DNA of 64,000 nucleotides from Alphaproteobacteria bacterium. Its GTDB lineage: Bacteria; Pseudomonadota; Alphaproteobacteria; Bin95. Shown piece after piece: positions 29,292 to 39,500 of this stretch. Each line of letters starts with the position of its first letter. Position 1 is the stretch's first letter. The notes under the pieces were generated by a model. The model saw only the letters and a list, made by a program, of their open reading frames with translations, was not told the origin of the DNA and made no database searches. The position numbers and the translations under genes were made by a program. Location: the NCBI GenBank assembly GCA_964291285.2, contig OZ219786.1:1369675-1433674 (forward strand), written 5' to 3'.

Positions 29292-32200
29292 CTACCATCG
29301 CAGCGCGCCGCGCAGCATGAGGCTGTCTTCGGGAGCCGGGCCCGGACGGTGCGCGCCCTCGAGGCCGAGGGAGAGCCCCGCGCCCATGCGGTAGCGCGCG
29401 CCGAGCCGCAGGGTGCGCCCGCCCGTCTCCGCCAGGCTGAGGCCCGCCCAGGGGGTGAGCACCGCCAGCGGCCCCGGACCGGGCAGGCCGAACCCGTGGC
29501 CCACCTCCGCCTCCAGGCGGCTCTCCGCCCCTTCCGGCGCCGTGCTGTCCGCCGCCGCGGGCAGGCCGTGGTCGAACAGCCGGTCCAGGCCGCTCTCAGT
29601 GCGCCCGTGCGCGGGACCGAAGGCGAGGAACGTCCCGCGCCCGTCCGCTCCGGGATCGAGGCGCACCAGCGCGCTCACGCCCCATTCGTCGCGGTCCGCC
29701 TCATGCGCCGCCAGGAGCCGCGCGCGCAACTCCGCCGTCAGGCCCGCCGCCGGGTCATGCCATGTCACGCCCGCCCCGGCCTCGAGGCCCGCCCCTTCGC
29801 CAACGTCGCCGCCGTCATGGCGCACCCCCGCCTCCAGAGCCGGCGTCAGCGTCGCGCCGCCCGCCAGCGCGTGCTCGTACGATCCCTCCAGCAGCAGCCG
29901 CAGCCGCGTCGTCCTCGCCGTCAGCCCCGCCAGGCCGTCATCGGACCCCGTGCGCAGGCGCGCCGCCGAACCCTCGCCCTTCACCGCAAGGCGCGTCATC
30001 CCGCCCGCGATGAGCTCCGCATCCTCGACCAGGACGCTGCGCCCGCCCGCCGCCGCGCTCCACTGCGTCAGGTCCGCACTGCGCGAAGGCGCGCCCTCCT
30101 CGGCAATCCGCACCTCGCCGGTCCCGTAGCCGAGGCTCGCCCACAGGGTCGAGCCGTCCGGCAGCAGCCACGCCGCATAGGGGTGCACCGACGTGATCGT
30201 GGTCTCGTGCACGCCCTTCACCCGGCCGGCGGCGCCGGTCGTCCGCGTGTCCAGCTCGCCCCGCGCATGGGAGAGCGCCGCCCCCGCCAGAAGGTCCGGG
30301 CGCACCCGCACATCCGCCCCCAGCTGCGCCGACCACAGGCCGCCGTCCCAGGTGACATCCTTCTCCGAACCCGACAGCGACAGCCACTCGCCCCGGCCCC
30401 ATACCGCCAACGGCGGCGCCTCGTCCTCTCCGGCGCCCGCCGCCAGCGTGAAGGACGCCCCGTCCAGTATCTCGCTCAGCGTCGGACCGGGTTCCTCCGG
30501 GCGCGGCGGCACGGCCCGGGCGGACCGGGCATACCCGACCGGCGACGACGGCAGGGCGCCGAACCGCAGCGAACTGCCCGGCCTGCCGGACGCCGCCGCC
30601 TCGATGCGGTCCGTCACCGCCCCCAGCGTCCGCGACATCGCCGCCGCCGCCACATGCGGCAGCACCGCCGCATTCACCCGGTTCGCCCGTGACACGGACC
30701 CCGCCGCCCGGTCGCGCAGCACGCCCGCAGCCGTCGCGTCGCTCCCCACCGCGTAGCCCGCACCATCGTTCAGCGTGATGCGGTAGGCTTCCGCCCCTTC
30801 CGTATCCGCATCGGCCGCCGTCGGGATCGTCACCACCCCCGTGGTGCGCCCCGCGGCGCCGAACACCGCGTCGAACGAACGCGGCCCCAGCCCGCCCGGA
30901 ACGTCCCCGGCATCGAAGCCGCTCGCGTTGCGCGCCGACAGCGTCAGGCTGACCGTCAGGCTGCCCGTCAGCGCCCGGTCGGCGGTCACCGCGAGGCGGA
31001 TGTCGTCGCCCTCGGTCACCGCCGCAGGATCCTGCGCCAGCGTCAGCACCGGCAACAGCGTCGTGTCCGTCACCGTCACCGCCACCGGATCGATCGACAC
31101 CGGACCGTAGCCGCCGCCCGAGGCGCCGTGCGTCAGCGTCGCCGTGTCGTCGGTCGTGTCCTCGTCACGGGCCGCGCGCACCGTCACCGTCTGCGCCGTG
31201 TCCCAGTCGGTCGTGGTGAAGGTCAGGCTGGCCGGTTCCACCGTCACGTCGCCCGAGGCGCCGCCCACCGTCACCGTGACATCGCCCGAGGGTTCGGTGT
31301 CCAGCACCACCGTGTAGGCGGCGCTGCTGCCCTCCGCGACCGTCAGCGCGGTCGGCGTCACCGTCACGCTTCCGTCTGAAGCAGGGGTCGTACTGCCGCC
31401 GCCTCCGGAAGCCGCCGCCACCGTCACCCGCGCCGGCGCATCCGGGCCGGCGCCGGGGCCGGCCGCGTTCACCGCGCGTACCTCGAACTGGTACGTGCCG
31501 CCGGCCAGCCCGCTCACCTCGTGGCGGGTGGTGCCCGCACCGGAGCCGGGAATGTCCTCCCACTCGCCCCAAGCGGCGCTGCCGGTCTTCCGCCGCACCT
31601 GCCACTTCGTGACCGTGGGGTTCGCCAGGTCGGTCCAGGTCAGCGTCACCGAACCGGCGCCCGCCGCGCCGGCAAGACCGGTCGGCTTCGCCGGCGCCAC
31701 GCCGCTGTCCACCACGCTCACCACCACATCGGCGATGCTCACCGAGCCGTAACCGCCGCCAGACGCGCCGTGCGTCAGCGTCGCCGTGTCGTCGGTCGTG
31801 TCCGTGTCCGTGCCCGCGTTCACCGTCACCGTCTGCGGGACGGTCCAGTTCGAAGTCGTGAAGGTCAGCGGCGAGCCTGTCACCGTCACGTCGCCCGACG
31901 CGCCGCCCACCGTCACCGTCACATCGGCCGACGGCACCGTGTCCAGCCGCACCGTGTAGCTGCCGGAGCCGCCCTCAGCCACCCGCAGCGCCGCCGTCGA
32001 TACCGTCACGCCGGGCACCGTCGGCGCCAGCGGCGTCGCCGTCGCCCAGCCCGTCCCGGCACCATCGCCCGCAGGGTTCACCGCGCGCAGCCGGAAGCTG
32101 TATTCGCTGCCGTTCTCCAGGCCCGTCACCGTGTGGGTCGTCGTGGTGGCGCCCGCACCCGGAATCGCCGTCCAGGCCGCGCTTGCCCTGACGCCCGTCT

Positions 32201-35200
32201 TGCCGTGGCCCAGCTCGTAGCCGGTGATGCTCGCATTGTCCGGGTCGGTCCAGGTCAGCACCACCTGCCCGTTACCCGCCGCCGCGGCCAGTCCCGTCGG
32301 CGCCGCCGGCAGCGAAACCGACTCGGTCACGCTCACCACCACGTTGCCGATCGAAACCGGGCCGTAGCCCCCGCCCGACGCGCTGTGCGTCAGCGTCACG
32401 TCGGGGTCCGTGTCCGCGTCCGGGTCCAGGGCGGCGTTCACCGTCACCGTCTGCGCCGTGCTCCAGTTGTTCACCGCAAACCGCAACTGCGAATCCGGCA
32501 CCGTCACGTCGCCCGACGCGCCGCCCACCGTCACCACCACCTCTCCCGAAGGCTGCGTGTCCAGCTTCACCGTGTAGGTCCCGGTCCCCCCTTCATCCAC
32601 CGTCAGCGTGCCGGACGACACCGTAACCCCCTTCGTGTCGTCCTCCGTCACCGTCACCACCACACTGTCGACCGAAACCGAGCCGTAGCCCCCGCCCGAC
32701 GCGCTGTGGGTCAGCGTCACATCGGGGTCCGTGTCCCCGTCCGGGTCCTGCGCCGCGCTCACCGTCACCGTCTGCGCCGTGCCGTAGCTGGTTGTCGTGA
32801 AGGTCAGGCTCGGCGGGCTCACCGTCACGTCGCCCGACGCGCCGCCCACCGTCACCGTCACGTCCGACGAAGGCGCCGTGCTCAGCTTCACCGTGTAGGT
32901 CCCGTTCGCTCCTTCCGCCACCGTCAGCGCCGACTTCGAAACCACCACCCCCACCGGCGTCGCCGTCACCTCGTCCGACCACACCGACTGAACGGCCGCC
33001 CCGCCGCTGCCGCGCCGGGCGAACAGCCGGAACGTGTAGGCCGTCCCGTTCGTCAGCCCCGTCACCGTCGCGCTCGTCGCACTGCCCGAGACCGTCCGGG
33101 TCGCGCCCCAGCTGCCGGCCCCGCTCTTGTACTGATAACCCCAGGTCGAGACATTCGCCTGCGCGCCCCAGCTCAGGGTGACCGAGCCGTCGCCCGCCGC
33201 CGCCGTGAGGACCGGCTTCGCCGGCTTCGCTGTCGTCGCCGAGGGCGTCGCCGTCTTCCAGTCGGTGGCGGCGCCGTCGCCGGCGGCGTTCACCGCGCGC
33301 AGCTTGAAGCTGTATTCGGCATCGTTGTCCAGACCCGTCACCGTGTGGGTCACGGTGGTAGCGCCCGAATCCGGTATGGCGACCCACGCCGCGCTTGCCC
33401 TGACGCCCGTCTTGGCGTGGCGCAGCTTGTAGCCGGTGATGCTCGCATTGTTCGGGTCGGTCCACGACAGTACCGCCTGACCGTTGCCCGCCGACGCCGT
33501 CAATCCCGCCGGCTTCGGCGGAACCTGACCCCCGCCCGAACCCACCGTCACCGACACCGTCCCCGCATCCGGGATGAACGTCTTCGAGGCCCCCGTCAGC
33601 GTGAACGCATGGTTGATCACCGCCGTCCCCGCCGCCACCCCGGTCACCGTCACCGCCTGCGCCACGTTGTAGTCGCTCGTCGTGAACGTCAGGCTCGACG
33701 GACTTACCCTCGCCTTGTCCGCCGCCGAACTCGACAGCGCAAGAGTGCCCGCAAATGCCCGGTTCAGCTTCACCGTGTATGTCGCCGTCGCTCCCGGCGA
33801 AACCGTCACCGGCGCATCCGCGAACGTCAGCGCCGGCCTGTCCGGCCTGTTGGTCGTCAACTCGATCACATTGGAATCCGGGCCGTTCAGGCTGAAGAGG
33901 CCGCCGCCGACAAACCGAGACCCGATCGGCTGGACGTAATATTCATATACCTCGCCGTGCAACGACCCCGAACCTGACCATTGCCGGGTACCGGCGCCGC
34001 CCGTGTGGCTCGGCCCGCGCCATGATGTACTCCCCCTGTTCCGGTAATACGCGTACCAAAAGCCGATGACATCGGCGTTGATGACGATCCTGTGCGGGCC
34101 GCCGGAGGTCGTCGTCCAGGTGAGATTATGCGCGCCGTTGGCGCCCGCCGCGCCCGTCAGCACCGCCGCAACCGCAGCCCCCGGCGTGGCCGTCTGTTCC
34201 GCCGACGCCGTACCGTTGCCGGCATCGCTCACCGCCCGAAGCTTGAACGCATAGGCCGTGTCGTTGGTCAGACCCGTCACTTCGGCGTATGCCTTCGCCG
34301 CTGTGGAACCCGGAATCGCCGTCCACGAGCCGTAACTTCCGGCCCCCGCCTTCCGCTGATACTCCCAGCCGGTGATGCTGGCGTCGTCCGGGTCGGTCCA
34401 GGTCAGCCATACCTTCGTGTTGCCCGGAGACACCGCGAACCCCGCCGGCGCAGCCGGCACGGGAGACGCCTCGGTGGTCGCGCTCCGCTCCCCGGAGGCC
34501 GCGCCGGCGCCGGCCGCATTCCTCGCCCGGATCCGGAACGTGTAGGCCGTGCCGGCCTTCAGGCCCGTCACCACATGGCCGATGGTTGTCGCCGTCGAAC
34601 CCGGAACCGCCCTCCACGCGCCGTAACTCCCGGTGCCCTCCTTGTACTGGTATTCCCAACCGGTGATGCTGGCGTCGTTCGGATTGGCCCACGCAAGCGT
34701 GACCCGATCCGAGGCCGGCAGGGCGGCAGTCAGGGTCGGCTGGCCCGGAACCTGCACGACGGTATAGGTGGTCTCCGTCTGCGCTTCCGTCGCCGCCGTG
34801 CCGTCATGGCCCTTCCAGTGCCAGCGGACAGTATGGACGCCGACGCCCAGCGAGGCGCAGGGATACAGGTTCTGGCCGCGTCCCGTCCGCACGCCGGCGA
34901 TATTGCTCGAGACCCGGACACCGTGGGTGCCGTGCGACAGCGCCGAATGCGCGGCCTTGGGCGTCCTGCCGGGGCGCGACTCCAGATAGGTCGAGGTGGC
35001 CGTCGTGACCGCAAGAAGGTTGAAACACGCCTGCACCGTCCCGCCGGACGGCACGGCCAGGGTCCGGCTCGGCGTGGAGACCAGCGTCGGGGTCTCCGCC
35101 CGCGGCGTGGCTTCGGCCCAGCCCCTGTTGGCGATGACGTTGGTATGCTGATTGCCGGTGTTCGATTCGTGGGCCACAAGCTGGTAGGAGTACTTCTTGC

Positions 35201-35963
35201 CGTTGGTCGTCGACAGGCTGAAACTGGCCGTGTGCTGGTTGGCGTCGTGCTTTATCGAACCGACCACTCCCGGGGTACCGCTGCCCAATGTGTACCAACC
35301 ATAGGTAATACCGTCCACGACCCACCGGATGGACCAGCGCACGACAGGATTGCCCAAGCCGCTGACCGAGGCGCTGATATCCACCCAGCCGTCGTTCGCA
35401 GTCGCCGTGACGCTGACCGTGCCGGGGGTGACCGCCGTGGGCGTCGCGGTGACTGCGTTGGAAATGAAGACGATATCCGGTGTGCCCGGGATCGGGTTGT
35501 CGTAGTGGATAGCGACCTGGAAGGTGTATTCGCTGCCGTTGTCCAGACCCGTCACGGTGTGCGTTCGAATGGTCCCCGCGCCAGAAATCCTCTGCCAATT
35601 ACCGTAGCTTCCCGTACCCTTCTTCTGCCGATACCGCCAAGGATTCGGATCCAAGTCAGAGTCCAAAGTCAAGGCCCAGTTCAGCGTCACCTGCCCGTTG
35701 CCCGGCGTGGCGGTCAGGGTGGTGCCTGATTGCGCTTGCGCGTCCTGGGGCGCGAGGGCGGCGGCCAGCGTGATGAGGAAGAGGGCAGCGAGTCCCGCCT
35801 TCAGGCGGCGGGCGGTTCTCCCGGGGGCGCCCACCGGCTCAGCCCCGCGCCCTGACTCTTGAGGGGGGGGGGGTACAACGAGTTCGGGTTCGCGCGCGCG
35901 TGAGGCGCCCCGCCCGAAGAGCCGCAGGTCATGCATCCCGATATCGCCCGGCATCCGCGTCAT
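29292..35963 (-). CDS. Large autotransporter adhesin with fibronectin type III and Ig/Calx-like repeats
   Basis: GGAGG RBS; extended signal peptide ending AQA; multiple Fn3 units (LTWTDP..ASITG..Y..AY.FKLRAVN); C-terminal beta-barrel ending LRW. Confidence 0.9.
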   Translation of the reverse strand: MTRMPGDIGMHDLRLFGRGASRAREPELVVPPPPQESGRGAEPVGAPGRTARRLKAGLAALFLITLAAALAPQDAQAQSGTTLTATPGNGQVTLNWALTLDSDLDPNPWRYRQKKGTGSYGNWQRISGAGTIRTHTVTGLDNGSEYTFQVAIHYDNPIPGTPDIVFISNAVTATPTAVTPGTVSVTATANDGWVDISASVSGLGNPVVRWSIRWVVDGITYGWYTLGSGTPGVVGSIKHDANQHTASFSLSTTNGKKYSYQLVAHESNTGNQHTNVIANRGWAEATPRAETPTLVSTPSRTLAVPSGGTVQACFNLLAVTTATSTYLESRPGRTPKAAHSALSHGTHGVRVSSNIAGVRTGRGQNLYPCASLGVGVHTVRWHWKGHDGTAATEAQTETTYTVVQVPGQPTLTAALPASDRVTLAWANPNDASITGWEYQYKEGTGSYGAWRAVPGSTATTIGHVVTGLKAGTAYTFRIRARNAAGAGAASGERSATTEASPVPAAPAGFAVSPGNTKVWLTWTDPDDASITGWEYQRKAGAGSYGSWTAIPGSTAAKAYAEVTGLTNDTAYAFKLRAVSDAGNGTASAEQTATPGAAVAAVLTGAAGANGAHNLTWTTTSGGPHRIVINADVIGFWYAYYRNRGSTSWRGPSHTGGAGTRQWSGSGSLHGEVYEYYVQPIGSRFVGGGLFSLNGPDSNVIELTTNRPDRPALTFADAPVTVSPGATATYTVKLNRAFAGTLALSSSAADKARVSPSSLTFTTSDYNVAQAVTVTGVAAGTAVINHAFTLTGASKTFIPDAGTVSVTVGSGGGQVPPKPAGLTASAGNGQAVLSWTDPNNASITGYKLRHAKTGVRASAAWVAIPDSGATTVTHTVTGLDNDAEYSFKLRAVNAAGDGAATDWKTATPSATTAKPAKPVLTAAAGDGSVTLSWGAQANVSTWGYQYKSGAGSWGATRTVSGSATSATVTGLTNGTAYTFRLFARRGSGGAAVQSVWSDEVTATPVGVVVSKSALTVAEGANGTYTVKLSTAPSSDVTVTVGGASGDVTVSPPSLTFTTTSYGTAQTVTVSAAQDPDGDTDPDVTLTHSASGGGYGSVSVDSVVVTVTEDDTKGVTVSSGTLTVDEGGTGTYTVKLDTQPSGEVVVTVGGASGDVTVPDSQLRFAVNNWSTAQTVTVNAALDPDADTDPDVTLTHSASGGGYGPVSIGNVVVSVTESVSLPAAPTGLAAAAGNGQVVLTWTDPDNASITGYELGHGKTGVRASAAWTAIPGAGATTTTHTVTGLENGSEYSFRLRAVNPAGDGAGTGWATATPLAPTVPGVTVSTAALRVAEGGSGSYTVRLDTVPSADVTVTVGGASGDVTVTGSPLTFTTSNWTVPQTVTVNAGTDTDTTDDTATLTHGASGGGYGSVSIADVVVSVVDSGVAPAKPTGLAGAAGAGSVTLTWTDLANPTVTKWQVRRKTGSAAWGEWEDIPGSGAGTTRHEVSGLAGGTYQFEVRAVNAAGPGAGPDAPARVTVAAASGGGGSTTPASDGSVTVTPTALTVAEGSSAAYTVVLDTEPSGDVTVTVGGASGDVTVEPASLTFTTTDWDTAQTVTVRAARDEDTTDDTATLTHGASGGGYGPVSIDPVAVTVTDTTLLPVLTLAQDPAAVTEGDDIRLAVTADRALTGSLTVSLTLSARNASGFDAGDVPGGLGPRSFDAVFGAAGRTTGVVTIPTAADADTEGAEAYRITLNDGAGYAVGSDATAAGVLRDRAAGSVSRANRVNAAVLPHVAAAAMSRTLGAVTDRIEAAASGRPGSSLRFGALPSSPVGYARSARAVPPRPEEPGPTLSEILDGASFTLAAGAGEDEAPPLAVWGRGEWLSLSGSEKDVTWDGGLWSAQLGADVRVRPDLLAGAALSHARGELDTRTTGAAGRVKGVHETTITSVHPYAAWLLPDGSTLWASLGYGTGEVRIAEEGAPSRSADLTQWSAAAGGRSVLVEDAELIAGGMTRLAVKGEGSAARLRTGSDDGLAGLTARTTRLRLLLEGSYEHALAGGATLTPALEAGVRHDGGDVGEGAGLEAGAGVTWHDPAAGLTAELRARLLAAHEADRDEWGVSALVRLDPGADGRGTFLAFGPAHGRTESGLDRLFDHGLPAAADSTAPEGAESRLEAEVGHGFGLPGPGPLAVLTPWAGLSLAETGGRTLRLGARYRMGAGLSLGLEGAHRPGPAPEDSLMLRGALRW
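35863..35873 (-). repeat. C11 homopolymer tract in the autotransporter 5' coding region
   Basis: G11 on the + strand, encodes VPPPPQ. Confidence 0.85.
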
Positions 35964-36175
35964 GACCTCATCCTCCCGTCCCTGATTCCAAGCCCGCGCC
36001 GCGCCCGCACGGCCGCAGCGAACCCGCCGGTGCAACCCATAACCCGTCCGCAGGCCGGTTTCAACACGCGCCGCGCCCGACAGCCCGGCAGCCGGACATC
36101 CTGCCATCGGCAAGCGCTTCCGGAACCGACCGGCGTGCAGCGCAGGGTGGGCGAACCAGCCTTGCCATGACCGCC

Positions 36176-36559
36176 TCAGGGCTGCGGCGCGGGGCCGCCC
36201 TCCGGATCGGCGCTGACCGAGACCGCCTGCCAGCGCGCCGCCGCGCCGGGATCGGTCAGACGGTCCAGGTCGCCCTCACGGGAGAGCCAAGCATCGACAG
36301 CATCGCCGAGAGCGGTCCAGCGGTCCCCAAGGTCGAGGTCCTCCATGCGCTCCTGCTCGATCTTTGCCAGCACCAGCAGTTCGCGCACCGCGCGCCGCAT
36401 GACGACGGCCGGCACCGCCTCCGCCATGATGGCCCGGTGAACGATGTAGCGCGATATTTCCATGCCCGCCTCGTCGGCAAGCTCCCTGATGCGCGCCCAC
36501 TCGTTCGCGGTCGCCATCACCGCATGCTGCGTGCGGCGGCCCCCCGGAGCCCGGCTCAT
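36176..36559 (-). CDS. RHH/MobC-like small DNA-binding protein
   Basis: QHAVMATANEWARIRELADEAGMEISRYI. Confidence 0.65.
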   Translation of the reverse strand: MSRAPGGRRTQHAVMATANEWARIRELADEAGMEISRYIVHRAIMAEAVPAVVMRRAVRELLVLAKIEQERMEDLDLGDRWTALGDAVDAWLSREGDLDRLTDPGAAARWQAVSVSADPEGGPAPQP

Positions 36560-39500
36560 GACAACGCCGCCGGACCTGCCGCAGCCATCAGAATTCCGTG
36601 CTTTACCAGCAAAGGTGCTTGCATTTCTCCCATATCAATTATCATATTCATCCTCTCACAGGTTGATTTGGTGCATCACCACGATGGTCGTGACTTTTTT
36701 CGTGCCAGAAACGCATTCATGCATCAGGCTACCCTCAATGCCCCCCGGAAACAATGCGTTGTCACTGTTTTACTTCCCCCAGTGCCACTATCGCGTTCAT
36801 GACCTTCCTGTAAGTCAGTCGGATTTCGTGCCAATGCCTCTTGCCATGCCCGGAAATATACTGTATTCAAGCCCCCTTCATGGGAGGAATGCGACCCTCT
36901 GTCAGATAGTGCCCTAACTCGAAAAATTACGTTCGGATTTTACACCGCGCCGGTCTTCGCGTTCACCCCGCCCGTCTCGTGCCTGCCCCAGTCCGCATCG
37001 GGGTCCGAGGTCTGCCCCCTGGCCCCGGCAACCCGGCCCGTCGAGTGGCTCGCCACCGCCTTGCCGTCGTAGCCGAGATGGCGACCGAAGTCCGGCAACT
37101 CCTCGAACAGCGAGGCGCGCAGACGCCCGATCATCCCCGACACAAGGCCGCGCTCGTCCTCAAGGCGCACCACGCGCCCCAGGAACCGCGAGAAGTTCCA
37201 GGCGCCCGGCACCGTCGAGCGCAACGGCGCCGGACGCCTCACCGCGCGCCCTGCGCAAAGCGCCACCACCGGCGCACCCTGCAAGGGCAGCGCCTCGAAC
37301 CCGCAAATCTCAAGCAATGCCGGGTTGCGGCCCAGCTCACGCAGCAGCGACTGCATCGAGGCATGCTGGAACACGATCCCCGCGATCAGAGCCCGCCACA
37401 TCGCCCGCACCGGGTAGTCGTTGCGACCCCGGCCTCGACCCGCCTCAAGCGCCGCCACAACCTTCTCGTCGGGAAGCGTGTCGAGCACCACACGCAGACG
37501 CTCAAGGTCCGCAAGGCCCTCCACAGACCACCACGAAAAGGCTAACTTCTCCGCTGTCGCCATCACGTTCTCCCAACCAGCGCCGGTGGATGGAACAAGG
37601 GCCGCAGGCCCGATGGCGACACCTTCTACTCAGTCCCGCGCCTCAACGCGACGCGCCCGAAAACCAGCCCGCGCACGGCCATGGGGTGGAAATCCACAAA
37701 ACCTTTCCCTCCAAACCGCAAAAACCCCGGAAATCAGCCATCCTGACGGGGTAAGAAAAATCCAGACCCTCCGCAATGCCTTGCTCAGAAAGAACTTCCA
37801 AACAGCGCACACGCCTCAAGGCGTCCCGCCCGACTTGCGCAAAGCGGCCCTCGAAGTTGCCGGTTGCGATTCGGAGTTGTTGGCCATTGTTGATCAGCTA
37901 TCGGACCCGCCCCAACCGGAATGGAAGATCGAGGAGGAAAGGAACCGGGTAGAGTGCGAAGCCGAACGGCAACGGATGTTCCAGTCTCACCGCGACGCCC
38001 TTGCGAAGTGGGCCGGGGAAATCTCGGCGGGGGCTATCGGCGTCCTGGTGGAGCCGGCCAACGTCTATCTCGGTCGAAGACGCATCCATGTTCGGCAGCA
38101 CGCTTCGGATGGCGAGCCGTCTACCCAGGATATGATGCGTGAATATCTGGGCGGAGATCTGGCGGAACGGGTCATGGCCGGCTTCATCGCTGCCCTCGGT
38201 CGCGGCGACCTTCCGACAGCCTCGTCGATCGCGGAAGTCCACTGCGAGAGCAAGCATTGGCCAGCCGAAGCCGTGATGATCTGCGGTGTCCAGGAATTGC
38301 TTCGCCGCGGACAACCGATCCGCGCCATAGACCGGAACACCCTTGCGGCCGTCTACATGGCCTGGCAACGAGCGCCGGTGAACGGGCGAAGAGACGGGAG
38401 CGACCTCGGTACGGCGCTCGAAGGGGTGCTGTTCGAGAGCGATGCCGATTGGGAAGACCATTTCCAGACGAGCATCGAACCCCAACTGGCCGCAGATCTG
38501 TACCATGTCCACGAACTGGACCGCCTGACAACCGATTCCGATCTTGCCGGCCTGGCGGGCCGGCTCGCCGTGGACTGGCTGTGCCGATATCCGGCATTGC
38601 ATTATTCGACGCAGAAGAAGCTGCTCGCCTGCGCACTTGATTGCGCCGAAAAGCTTGATTGCGCCGAAAAGAAAGCCCTGCACGCGCTGATCCTCGATCG
38701 GCAGTCTGCCGTTTATCCCGACCGCCAAACGACGCTGCTGTGGCTGTCTGCGGACTATGCCGTCGACTTCGAAAGCCGCCGCGACACGCTTCTTGAGGTT
38801 GCGGCGAATGAACCGAAGCTGATCTGGCTCATCCGGGACCGTATCGCCCCGGAGCGGCATGGCTGGTCCGAGTTTTCCCTTTCCCAGCTCTCCTACATCG
38901 TCGAGGCCTTCGGCCAGCAATGGCCCTGGAGGGAACCTCCCGTCTCATACATGGGCCTTGAGAACCCATGGGACGCGACCGGGTTCATCCAATACGCCAT
39001 CGAAACAATCGGCGGCCGACCGACCCCCGAAGCCACCGAGGTCTTGCACATGCTGATTGCGGAGGACCACGCGCCGACCTATGCCGACAGGATGAAGCAC
39101 ATGCTTCACCTGCAGCGCCGCGCCCGGCGCGACTCCGAATATTCCGCGCCCACCATCGCCGAGTTCCGTGCGGTGGTGTCCCGGGCCCCGCCGGAGAATG
39201 TCGACGACATGCGCGCCTGGTTCGCAGATCGCCTCGAAAAATTCCGGAGCGGAATTCGTGGCAGCGACACAAACATGTGGGAAGCGTACTGGAATGACAC
39301 CGGCGAACCCAGGGTCGAGACATTCTGCCGGGACCGACTGATCGAACACGTCTCCAGGCTGTTGCCGGAGTCGATCCGCTTCGGACCGGAAGCGCTCATG
39401 CCCGGCCGGAAGCGTGCAGACATCGCGCTAACCCGAAACGCGATGAAGCTGCCAATCGAAATCAAGGGGCAGTGGGAAAGGAATGTGTGGAATGCTGTCA

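Larger units (their letters stand above)
25895..36941. mobile_element. 11-kb twin-tyrosine-integrase element
   Basis: Direct repeat ACACCGCGCC at 25885-25894 and 36942-36951; subterminal imperfect inverted repeats at 25912-25941 and 36882-36910. Confidence 0.85.
24822..37817 (-). mobile_element. 1.94-kb IS copy 2 (parts 24822-25894 and 36942-37817), interrupted by the twin-integrase element
   Basis: The two halves match copy 1; followed by AAGGC at 37818-37822. Confidence 0.9.

Noticed and set aside
28298-29386. Possible DGR template/variable repeat pair at the autotransporter C-terminus
   Set aside because: Mismatches are not adenine-specific, there is an indel, and no reverse transcriptase is in the window.
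30700-35730. Repeat-rich region as CRISPR array or integron cassettes
   Set aside because: Repeats are in-frame protein domain repeats; no regular spacers, attC sites or cas genes.
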